The notes under the pieces are model-generated. The model was not told the DNA's origin and did no database searches. It saw only the letters and a list, made by a program, of their open reading frames with translations. A program made the translations under genes and the position numbers. 34,762 nucleotides of DNA from Bacteroidota bacterium (GTDB lineage: Bacteria > Bacteroidota > Ignavibacteria > UBA10030 > UBA6906), in the NCBI GenBank assembly GCA_036732865.1, contig DAINBR010000001.1, positions 1 to 34,762 on the forward strand. Direction: 5' to 3'. Positions 8,247-19,051 of the stretch are shown here, piece after piece. The number at the start of each line of letters is the position of its first letter. Within the stretch, counting starts at the first letter, position 1.

Positions 8247-8582
8247 TCACGATCCGCGTTTCTTCTTCTGCGGAGTGTCCTCGATCTCGAACACACGATC
8301 GAGCATCGAGATTTTCAGCAGGCTTGAAACCTTCCTGTGCACGTTGAGCAAGCGGACCTTCCCACCGTGTTCCTTCATCTTACGCTCGGCGATCAATAGC
8401 GCGCTCAATCCGCTGCTGTCACAGAACTCGACCTGCGTCAAATCCACCGTCAGAGTCTTCACTTTGGGAGTGCAGAGAATCAGGAACTCGCCCTTGAGTT
8501 CTCCCGCGACGGTAGAGTCCAGTTTCTTCTCTCTGACGGTGAGGGTTACCGCTGTTCCGTTGCCCTGTGTATCGAACTTCAT
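8247..8582 (-). CDS. STAS-domain protein (anti-sigma-factor antagonist, SpoIIAA/RsbV-like)
   Basis: It is 111 aa. The DSSGLSALL motif carries the conserved phosphorylatable Ser context. The fold pattern is typical for this family (TVDLTQVEFCDSSGLSALL...GGKVRLLNV). ATG 8582 has AAGGGA 5 nt upstream. Confidence 0.75.
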   Translation of the reverse strand: MKFDTQGNGTAVTLTVREKKLDSTVAGELKGEFLILCTPKVKTLTVDLTQVEFCDSSGLSALLIAERKMKEHGGKVRLLNVHRKVSSLLKISMLDRVFEIEDTPQKKKRGS

Positions 8583-8604
8583 GCGCGTCCCTTTCGAAAC
8601 GGCC

Positions 8605-9138
8605 CTAGAACATCTTCAGGCATGCTGCAAGTCGATCGTAGACCGCACCGCTGCGTGCCGCGTCGGGTTGCAGCTGGAAATTATAGAAGAGCTCCGCACC
8701 GTCCCGTGCAAATCCTATCCGCACGCGTGCATTGCTTTCCCTACAAATATAGGCCGAGGGGAGGAGAGAGTCAAGGTTCAGGTCGATGGCGACGTCGTAT
8801 GCGCGCTCGGCAATGCGTTGCCTGATCTCGCGTGCCGGAAGAAACAACCACCCCGTCGAGCCGGGATGCACGCGCACCACGGTGCTGCGGGGAAGCAGCG
8901 CTGCGGCACCGTCATTGTGTTCGCCGGCGACGATGGTCACCTGGTCATCGGCGAAGTACGCTCGTACGAGGTCGATGACCGGCGCCGGCGACTGTGCCGT
9001 CGGTGTCAGGGGAAGAATCAGGAGGGCGTGGGTGCCCGTCGACAGCAGGTCGGTGAACGAAATAACGGTGTTGTGCATCCGGCGGAAGTGCCAGCGTGCC
9101 GCCTGGACACCAAGGGAACAACGAAGAGATTCCAGCAT
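8605..9138 (-). CDS. Hypothetical protein; weak resemblance to the N-terminal Rossmann half of GT9 heptosyltransferases
   Basis: ATG 9138 lies 3 nt after the ligA stop (TAA-CGC-ATG). The motif order ALLILPLTP ... YDVAIDLN ... ARVRIGF recalls the GT9 N-domain (ILIIR..GD / FDLVIDLQ / ..RIGF). At 177 aa it is only half the size. Similarity was judged by eye only. Confidence 0.5.
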   Translation of the reverse strand: MLESLRCSLGVQAARWHFRRMHNTVISFTDLLSTGTHALLILPLTPTAQSPAPVIDLVRAYFADDQVTIVAGEHNDGAAALLPRSTVVRVHPGSTGWLFLPAREIRQRIAERAYDVAIDLNLDSLLPSAYICRESNARVRIGFARDGAELFYNFQLQPDAARSGAVYDRLAACLKMF

Positions 9139-9141
9139 GCG

Positions 9142-11953
<2,812 letters not shown>

Positions 11954-11957
<4 letters not shown>

Positions 11958-14200
11958 GGCGTCGCTGCCTTTTCCTGGAATGTGCGCTGGTCGAGCACTT
12001 TGCGCACTTTGAATGCGAGCGTCTCGATTTGAAACGGTTTTTGTACGAAGCCATTGACTTCACTGGAAAACCGGGGCGTATCGACGGCGCCTCTGCCGTA
12101 CCCGGTGACGATCAACACGCGGACGTGCGGATTGATGGCGCGCAGATGTTCGAAAGCTACCGTTCCGGACATCACCGGCATATTGATATCGAGGAGGATG
12201 AGATCGACGCTTGCCCTGCGCGTGCGGTAAAACTCCACGCCTTCCTGTCCGTTGTGGGCGATGTACACGGTGTAGCCCAGGGATGTGAGAAGGTCCTGGG
12301 CGATTTCGCAGACCGGCGGTTCGTCGTCGATGACGAGGATATTCTCCGTTCCTCGCGGCAGGCGGTGCGGACGTTTCCGCGCGGCGTCGGGTGCGGCAGC
12401 GGAGTGCCGGGGAAGGAACAGCGAAAACGTGGTTCCGTTCCCCTCGCTGCTTTCAAGCGTGATATAACCGCCGTGATTCTGCAGAACGCCGTAGACCACG
12501 GAGAGGCCCAGTCCCGTGCCGTTGTCCTTGGTGGTGAAGAAAGGCTCGAAGATGCGATCCTGTATCTCGCGCGGAATCCCGCGGCCCGTGTCGGTGATGC
12601 GGATTTCGACAAACGGCCCGGTGAGGTTCGCCGGGGCACCCGCCGGAGGCGCGCTGCCGGGGACGGGGATCGTGTCGATTGTCAGCACCCCCTTTTCGGG
12701 CATTGCATCGCGCGCATTCAAGAAGAGGTTGAGAAGAGCCTGCTGGATCTGACCGTCATCGCCGTTTACGGTGATCGGGTCGGGAAAAAGGTTGGTGCGC
12801 ACGGTGATGTCTTTCGTCACGCTGCGCTGGAATAGATCCAGTGTTTCGTGAATAAGCGCATGGATATCCACAGGGGCGGCTATCGTTTCCGTCTTCCGTG
12901 CAAAGGTCAGGAGCTGGCGAGTCAGGGAAGACCCGCGGCGCGCGCTGGACTCGATGATTTCTACGTACTTTGCCAGCCGGACGCGGTCGCTCAGGTGCCG
13001 CCGCATGATGGAGGCGGAGCCCATAATCGCCGCGAGGATATTGTTGAAATCATGGGCAATTCCCCCCGCGAGATTGCCGATGCTGTCAATCTTTTGTGCG
13101 TGCAGCAGCGCACCTTCCATCTTTTTCCGCGCGGTGATGTCGCGGGCGACAATGCGCGCGGTGCGTACGACTCCGGCGTCATCGAATACCAGTGAAGAGT
13201 TCAACAGCACGGCAAGACGCGTCCCCCGCGGGGAGACGACATGCTCTTCCACATCCTTCAGCACACGGCCTTCGGCGAACATGCGGTCAACCATCTGGCG
13301 GACGGCCTCTGCGCGCACGGGGTCGAACAGGCACTCGAACGGCTTACCGAGGAGGGTCTGCGCGGTGATGCCGAGCATTTCCGCGCCCGAGCGATTGCAT
13401 CCCACGATAGCGTGGTGCCGGTCAACGCTGAGATACAGGTCCGGTGCGTTTTCAAAGAGGTCGGCATACTGGTGTTCGGACTGCCGCAAGCGATCGAAGA
13501 GCCACGCATTGTGAATGGCAATGCTGACCGTGCTGCTGATTGCGTCAACGAGCTCCGCCTGCTTGGGTGCAAAGAGACGATAGGAAGTTCCCGCGATGAC
13601 GAGCACTCCGGCGATAGTCTCCTTGGTGCGCAGGGGGATCGACGTCCATGACTGGATCCCCAGCTGCTTCAGCGGAGGAGGGATGGATCCGCCGTGCTCG
13701 CGCAACCGTTCCCGGGCAACGCGTGGCTGGTCGAGCCAAAGCATGTGCGGGTCGCCGGGGGACGATGCATGAGGAAGAAAGTCAACTGCTGGTTCCGTGG
13801 CGCTGTGTAATACGAGCGTCTCTCCTTCGAGGAGGTAGATCCAGCCCCAACGGGTATTCAGCACTGACGTCATATTGGCGAGCGCCGTGCTGAGGACTTC
13901 ATCAAGGGGCACGCTACGATTGACGGCGTGAGCGACGTTGTTGATTGCGATGAGCTGACGGCGCTGGTCGTCAAGGCGGCGGTAGTTCAGGACGGAGAAG
14001 TAAACGCTGGTGAACCCGATAAGGCCCACGGCGAGGATACTGATAAAATCCATGAAGCGCGGGGCCTGCCCTGTGGCTGCCATTGAGGTGAGGATGGTTG
14101 CCATGGTAACGACCACGGCGGTGGAAGCCACTATCTGCGCCTGCTCAACCGGCCCGAGACCGCGGAAAAATCTGCGCACGCTGGTGACGGGATTCAACAT
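11954..14200 (-). CDS. Hybrid sensor histidine kinase (2 TM, GAF, PAS, HisKA, HATPase_c, C-terminal receiver)
   Basis: The H-box is GGIAHDFNNILAAI. The N/G boxes are NLFLNARDAM and GTGLGLSVVYG. The REC domain is ILVIDDEPP...LILLDINMPVMSG...VTGYG. The start is moved to ATG 14200 because the ORF-track extension to 14332 contains the hup terminator hairpin. Confidence 0.85.
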
Positions 14201-14206
14201 AAATGC

Positions 14207-14235
14207 AATGTACGAAAGGGTGGTCAGACATTCAA
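14207..14235 (-). promoter_or_regulatory. Sigma70-like promoter on the minus strand: TTGAAT, 17-nt spacer, TACATT, ending 6 nt before ATG 14200
   Basis: The reverse complement of 14201-14240 reads tttcaTTGAATgtctgaccaccctttcgTACATTgcattt, followed by ATG. This implies a leaderless or near-leaderless transcript. Confidence 0.4.
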
Positions 14236-14260
14236 TGAAACCGCCCGGGCACTCGGCGGG

Positions 14261-14289
14261 AAAAAAAAGTCCCGTCATGTTGACGGGAC
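14261..14289 (-). terminator. Rho-independent terminator of hup
   Basis: The minus strand reads GTCCCGTC-AACAT-GACGGGAC followed by TTTTTTTT. That is a perfect 8-bp GC-rich stem, a 5-nt loop and a U8 tract, 84 nt downstream of the hup stop. Confidence 0.85.
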
Positions 14290-14372
14290 TCCTGAGAACG
14301 CACCGGAAAATCGTTTGTTGCACCGGTAACACACACTACGCGGCATTCAGAGTGAACGCCACGGACAGCACA

Positions 14373-14666
14373 TTACATCTTCTTCACCGGCAACACTGCT
14401 TCTTTGCAGGCTTTTGCCACGCGGAACTTCACGACCGTCTTGGCCGGAATCGTGATGGTCTCACCGGTTTTCGGATTGCGGCCGAGGCGTTCCTTGCGGT
14501 TCACCAGTACAAGTTTTCCGATACCGGGCAGCGTGAAGGTGTTCTTCGCTTCCTTGTAAGCGAGGGATGCGAGTTCCTCAAATATTGAGGCGACCACCTT
14601 CTTCTTCAAATCAAACTTGCCGGCAAAATGAGAAACGACCGCCGTCTTTGACATTGCTTTTGCCAT
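14373..14666 (-). CDS. hup: HU/IHF-family nucleoid-associated DNA-binding protein
   Basis: The motif is ...FTLPGIGKLVLVNRKERLGRNPKTGETITIPAKTVVKFR. ATG 14666 is preceded by GGAGGA. The ORF-track start at 14696 adds 10 residues upstream of the SD. Confidence 0.85.
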   Translation of the reverse strand: MAKAMSKTAVVSHFAGKFDLKKKVVASIFEELASLAYKEAKNTFTLPGIGKLVLVNRKERLGRNPKTGETITIPAKTVVKFRVAKACKEAVLPVKKM

Positions 14667-14735
14667 TGATCCTCCTGAACGTTTGTGGGAGTGCACGTAT
14701 GCTTGGGGGGAAAGATAGTATATTCCCCTGATAAT

Positions 14736-16724
14736 TCAAACAAAAAAAGCGTTCAGCGGCTCGGTACTTCCGTCCGGGCTAACCACTTCCACCCGGCATC
14801 TGGGGAGTGCGTCGAGGAACAGCCGGCCATACGGCTTTGTCATGATCCGGGGGTCAAGGATGCTGATGATCCCCGTGTCGGTGACAGTGCGGATCAACCT
14901 CCCGGCTCCCTGACGGAATTTCAGAATCGCCTCGGGGAGCGAAAGTGCGAGGAAGGGATTCAAACCGCGGCGCTGGAGGTCCTCGAGCCGTGTTTCCATC
15001 AGAGGATGCGAAGGGACGGCAAATGGAAGTCGTGTGATGACAACATGTTCCAGCGCTTCTCCCGGAACATCTATCCCCATCCAGAAGCTATCCAACCCGA
15101 ACAGGACAGAACTGACGTCACGCCGGAACTCCTGCAGCAATGCATGCCGTTGGGCGTCGGCCCTCTGAACCAGGAGTGTTATGCCCAGATCATCCAACCG
15201 ATCCGCCACAGCCCGTGCTGTGGCATGCATGACCTTGGCGCTGGTGAATAGTACGAGCGCCTTTCCGTGTGTCGCTTCGATGCACTGCAAGACTGCATCG
15301 GGGAGCCGGAGCAGAAATGCGGGGGCATCCGGCTCCGGCAGGGAGCGGGTAACCCACACGCGCATCTGCCGGTCGAAGTCAAAAGGGGAATCCAGTATGA
15401 GATCGCCGGCGGATTCAGCCCCGAGTCTTGACTTGACATAGTCGAGTGACCCATCCACAGCGAGCGTGGCGCTCGTGAGAATCGTGGGTCCATACTCTCC
15501 GAACAATCGCGGCCCAAGGATGTCGTGGAGATCAAAAGGCGCAGTGCAGAGTGCCACGTTGTCGAGCGGCTTTGGGGCGATCTCAAGCCAGTATGCAGCA
15601 CGCGCATGTCCGAGTGACATCACGTCCTCGAGGACGGCGAGGTCGCGTTCAAGGGACTGGCGCACGCCTGCAATTTCCTGTCTTCGCGTGGCGTCATCGG
15701 CGCGATCCTCCAGTGATTCCACTTTGTCAAGCAGCTCCTTCAGCGCCGGGGAGAGTGTGTCGGCGACGATATGCGGATCGCGCAGACGGATCTCACGCTC
15801 CACTCCTCCCGTTGTCCGCTGTTTGACTGCATCCACAAAGAGTGAGAAAAACTCTTCAATGGAGTCTTCTGCATGTTTGAAGAGCGACACCAGGCCACGC
15901 GGCGCGGGAACAAGAAGTCCTCTCCGGGCCCCGCGGTGATATAAGCGGTGGAGTGCCGACAACAGTCCACGGCGCGTGAGCTTCTGGCCGAACGCATTAC
16001 CCGCAGCCTGCTCAATCAGATGGGCCTCGTCCAGAACAGCGAAGTCATTCTCGAACAGAAACTGCTCCTCCGTTTGCCGCAATGGCAGCAAACTGAAGAA
16101 CAGTGCGTGGTTCATCACCACGACCTTCGCGTGCCGCGCTTTCTCGCGGATCTGCTGATAGTGACACCGGGTACCGCAGGTGCGCGGAGAGCAAATGCCG
16201 GGTTCAGAACAGACCGCATTCCAGATGTCGGGGCGCGGCACAAACGGACAGTTGCTGATCTCGCCGTCAGTGGTTGTGCGAGCCCAGTCCGCCAGTCGCT
16301 CGAGTTCGCCGGCGACATCATCGACGAACAATGCGCCGGCCGCGGAGAGCGCATTCTGAAGACGGGTGCTGCAGATGTAATTGCGTCTGCCCTTCAACGC
16401 AATCGCGGGGAAATCGATCCCCAGCAGGGATCGCGCAAGCGGAATATCCTTGAGCAACAGCTGGTCCTGCAGATTCTTTGTGTGTGTGGAGATGACCGCG
16501 GTGCGATTGTTGGCCAGTGCATGGAGTGCAGCCGGAAGGAGGTACGCCAGCGTCTTGCCGACGCCTGTCGGTGCTTCGACTATCAGATGCTGTGTTGTGT
16601 CGAGCGCATGTGCGACGGCCCGGGCCATAGTGTGTTGCTGCTCGCGGTAGGAGAAGCCGGGACGCTGCGACAAGGTCCCGCCGACACCGAGAATTCCGTC
16701 AAGTCCGTCGGGTGTCATGATCAT
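14736..16724 (-). CDS. dinG: ATP-dependent DNA helicase, DinG/XPD-like (DEAD_2 + Helicase_C_2, Fe-S cysteines)
   Basis: Walker A is EAPTGVGKTLAYLLPA and the DEAH-like box is VLDEAHLIE. A Cys cluster lies between them (C..NC..VC..IC..TC..RC). The C-terminal motif is QGAGRLIR. The start is set at ATG 16724 (or 16718). The ORF-track extension to 17165 overlaps the divergent PAP2 gene. Confidence 0.8.
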   Translation of the reverse strand: MIMTPDGLDGILGVGGTLSQRPGFSYREQQHTMARAVAHALDTTQHLIVEAPTGVGKTLAYLLPAALHALANNRTAVISTHTKNLQDQLLLKDIPLARSLLGIDFPAIALKGRRNYICSTRLQNALSAAGALFVDDVAGELERLADWARTTTDGEISNCPFVPRPDIWNAVCSEPGICSPRTCGTRCHYQQIREKARHAKVVVMNHALFFSLLPLRQTEEQFLFENDFAVLDEAHLIEQAAGNAFGQKLTRRGLLSALHRLYHRGARRGLLVPAPRGLVSLFKHAEDSIEEFFSLFVDAVKQRTTGGVEREIRLRDPHIVADTLSPALKELLDKVESLEDRADDATRRQEIAGVRQSLERDLAVLEDVMSLGHARAAYWLEIAPKPLDNVALCTAPFDLHDILGPRLFGEYGPTILTSATLAVDGSLDYVKSRLGAESAGDLILDSPFDFDRQMRVWVTRSLPEPDAPAFLLRLPDAVLQCIEATHGKALVLFTSAKVMHATARAVADRLDDLGITLLVQRADAQRHALLQEFRRDVSSVLFGLDSFWMGIDVPGEALEHVVITRLPFAVPSHPLMETRLEDLQRRGLNPFLALSLPEAILKFRQGAGRLIRTVTDTGIISILDPRIMTKPYGRLFLDALPRCRVEVVSPDGSTEPLNAFFV

Positions 16725-16744
16725 GTCAGGGGATAATACGGAAT

Positions 16745-16774
16745 TTCGATATTGAAATCGAACTGCGTGAACTG
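16745..16774. promoter_or_regulatory. Repeat-rich candidate operator in the dinG / PAP2 divergent intergenic region
   Basis: The inverted repeat is TTCGAT (16745-16750), N6, ATCGAA (16757-16762). It overlaps the direct repeat GAACTG (16760-16765), N3, GAACTG (16769-16774). CAAATG CAAATG follows at 16781-16792. Confidence 0.3.
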
Positions 16775-16808
16775 TCATTTCAAATGCAAATGCGCTATAC
16801 TTCAACTC

Positions 16809-17612
16809 ATGAAACGCATCGGTGTACTCACCCTGCTGCTCTGGATCGGGATTTCGGCAGGACGGGCACAGACGGATTCCCTGCGGCTCACATCGGTAAT
16901 TGCCCGAGACGCGAAGACGGCATTTGCGGGTGCAGTGCACATCATCACGGCACCCGGACGGTGGCAAGGTGGCGATTGGGCCCGGACAGGTGTGGCCGCA
17001 GGAATCGCCGCCGGCTCGGTATGGCTCGATGCGGATGTGCGGACACTGATACAACGAAACGCGGATGCGGCCGACGGGCTCTCGGACGTTGCGGCTGCAT
17101 ACGGGAACGGATGGTTTGCCGTCGGGCTGACCACCGGTCTGTATGGCACCGGCGTGATCGTTCATGATTCATGGCTCCGGGAAACGGCGCTTCTCGCCGG
17201 AACCGCTGTCGTTGTCTCATCGCTTATCGCCAGGGTGATCAAACCCGTCGTCGGACGGGCACGGCCGTATGTCGGGACGGGGAACGGAGCATTTCACATG
17301 TTCACCCTGCAGGATGATTACAGTTCATTCCCGTCCGGCCATACGGTAGCAGCATTCTCCCTTTCAAGTGTCCTGGCGGCACGGATTGATCACCCTCTCG
17401 CCACGATCGGTTTGTACAGCCTGGCTTGCCTGACGGCCCTCTCCAGAGTATACACCGATCAACACTGGTTTTCCGATGTCGTAGTCGGAGGAATTTTCGC
17501 TTCGGCGGTCGGGCGGTCACTGGTGCTGTGGCATGAGGGGATCGATGCCGGCCCCTCATCGCTGCGGATAGCGCCCGGTGACGACCGAATCTGCCTGATA
17601 TACACGTTTTGA
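16809..17612 (+). CDS. PAP2-family phosphatase (phosphatidic acid / undecaprenyl-diphosphate phosphatase-like)
   Basis: The three PAP2 motifs are KPVVGRARP, PSGH (SFPSGHTVAAF) and SRVYTDQHWFSDV. There are multiple TM segments. The start is at ATG 16809 (MKRIGVLTLLL...). Confidence 0.8.
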   Translation: MKRIGVLTLLLWIGISAGRAQTDSLRLTSVIARDAKTAFAGAVHIITAPGRWQGGDWARTGVAAGIAAGSVWLDADVRTLIQRNADAADGLSDVAAAYGNGWFAVGLTTGLYGTGVIVHDSWLRETALLAGTAVVVSSLIARVIKPVVGRARPYVGTGNGAFHMFTLQDDYSSFPSGHTVAAFSLSSVLAARIDHPLATIGLYSLACLTALSRVYTDQHWFSDVVVGGIFASAVGRSLVLWHEGIDAGPSSLRIAPGDDRICLIYTF

Positions 17613-17617
17613 CAGCA

Positions 17618-19036
17618 ATGCCACGTGTGAAAGGAAATGCGGTGACAGATCCCCCTTCTTCTCAACCAATGGATACAGTATTCCGGCGGACACTCCGCGA
17701 GGTCACCCAGCCATTTATCGACCTCTTCCACTCCTCCCGGGCGCTCTGGGGGATAAATCTCTCGTACATGCTGGAAGGGCTGACGTACTTCGGCGTGGTC
17801 GGTCTCCTGGCGATCTATTTCAATGATTTCATCGGCCTCAACGACATCAGCGCCGGTCACATGGTGGCATTTCAGACGGCCGGCATCACCCTCGGCATGT
17901 TGTTCTTCGGTGCGACCGTCGACATCGTCGGGCCGCGCAAAGCCCTGCTCGTGTCGCTCGCATTAATGCTCGTCGGCCGTGTGCTGCTCGCCATCGCGCC
18001 CGACCTCTCCGCCACGCGTGGCCTCTGGTCAGGCGCCCACCTGCTCGCCATGGGCGGGCTGCTCGGCGTCATTGCAGGGTATGGCATCTATCAGCCCGCA
18101 TGCTACGCGGCGGTGAAATTCTTTACCAACGAGAAAACCGCTGCAATGGGATTTGCGATGCTCTATGCGCTGATGAACCTGGGCGGGTTCCTGCCGGGCC
18201 TCATATCGCCGCCAATCCGTAAGGCGTTCGGCATTACGGGTGTCTTCTGGGTGTACGCGTTTCTTACGGTGGTGGGCATTGCCATCGTGGCGCTGATTCT
18301 CACCAACAACGCCGTACGCCGGGCAACACTGGCGGTGGGTAAAGAGTCCGAGTGGAGGGCGGAACAGAAAGAGCAGAAATCACCGAAAGAGCAGCTGCTG
18401 TTCTATGTGAAGAATTTTCCGATCAAGGACTACCGGTTTCTCTTCTTCGTGTTCATTCTCATCCCGGTGCAGACGCTGTTTGCGCACAACTGGCTGACAT
18501 TGCCTCAGTACTGCAACCGCGCCTTCACCGGCGTCGTCAGCGAGAACTATGAGTTCTTTGTCAACTTCAGCCCGCTGCTGATCTTTGTGCTGACTCCCAT
18601 GGTGGCGGCGTTGACCACGAAGAAGGACACGTACACCATGATGATCACCGGCACATTCATCATGGCCTTGCCGACATTCTTCCTGGCTCTTGGTCCCAAC
18701 ATTGTTACGCTGTTCGCGTACCTCATCGTTATGACCGTCGGTGAAGCGATCTGGTCTCCCCGCTTCCTGCAATGGATTGCGGAAGTGGCGCCAAAGGAAA
18801 TGACCGGCATCTACATGGGCATCGGTCAGTTTCCGTGGTTTCTCACGAAGGTCATCACCGGCCTCTATTCAGGGTGGTTTCTCATGAACTATTGCCCGGC
18901 GGATGTCCCGCCGGAAGAGATGCAGACGGGAACCATGTGGTTCATCTATGGTATCATCGCGATGATGACACCGGTGGGATTGCTGCTCGCCAGGAGGTGG
19001 ATGCGCAGGGGATTCAAGACGCACTATGAGGGGTGA
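17618..19036 (+). CDS. MFS transporter (POT/PTR2-like with degenerate ExxERFxYY motif)
   Basis: There are about 12 predicted hydrophobic helices. NLSYMLEGLTYFGVVGLL resembles the POT signature region. The start is ambiguous: ATG 17618, or TTG 17609, which forms a TTGA overlap with the PAP2 stop. Confidence 0.7.
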   Translation: MPRVKGNAVTDPPSSQPMDTVFRRTLREVTQPFIDLFHSSRALWGINLSYMLEGLTYFGVVGLLAIYFNDFIGLNDISAGHMVAFQTAGITLGMLFFGATVDIVGPRKALLVSLALMLVGRVLLAIAPDLSATRGLWSGAHLLAMGGLLGVIAGYGIYQPACYAAVKFFTNEKTAAMGFAMLYALMNLGGFLPGLISPPIRKAFGITGVFWVYAFLTVVGIAIVALILTNNAVRRATLAVGKESEWRAEQKEQKSPKEQLLFYVKNFPIKDYRFLFFVFILIPVQTLFAHNWLTLPQYCNRAFTGVVSENYEFFVNFSPLLIFVLTPMVAALTTKKDTYTMMITGTFIMALPTFFLALGPNIVTLFAYLIVMTVGEAIWSPRFLQWIAEVAPKEMTGIYMGIGQFPWFLTKVITGLYSGWFLMNYCPADVPPEEMQTGTMWFIYGIIAMMTPVGLLLARRWMRRGFKTHYEG

Positions 19037-19051
19037 ACCGGCTACCGCGAA

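Noticed and set aside
14201-14332. 44-codon N-terminal extension of the hybrid kinase, including an ATG at 14278
   Set aside because: The extension contains the hup intrinsic terminator. ATG 14278 sits in the hairpin loop.
16757-16774. GAAC-containing repeats as a canonical LexA (Cheo-type GAAC-N4-GTTC) box upstream of dinG
   Set aside because: The GAAC elements are direct repeats, not inverted, and the spacing is wrong. I keep the region only as a generic candidate operator.
16725-17165. 147-codon N-terminal extension of the DinG-like ORF
   Set aside because: It is Cys/Arg/Pro-rich and non-helicase-like, and it overlaps the divergent PAP2 gene. The helicase domain begins shortly after Met at 16724.
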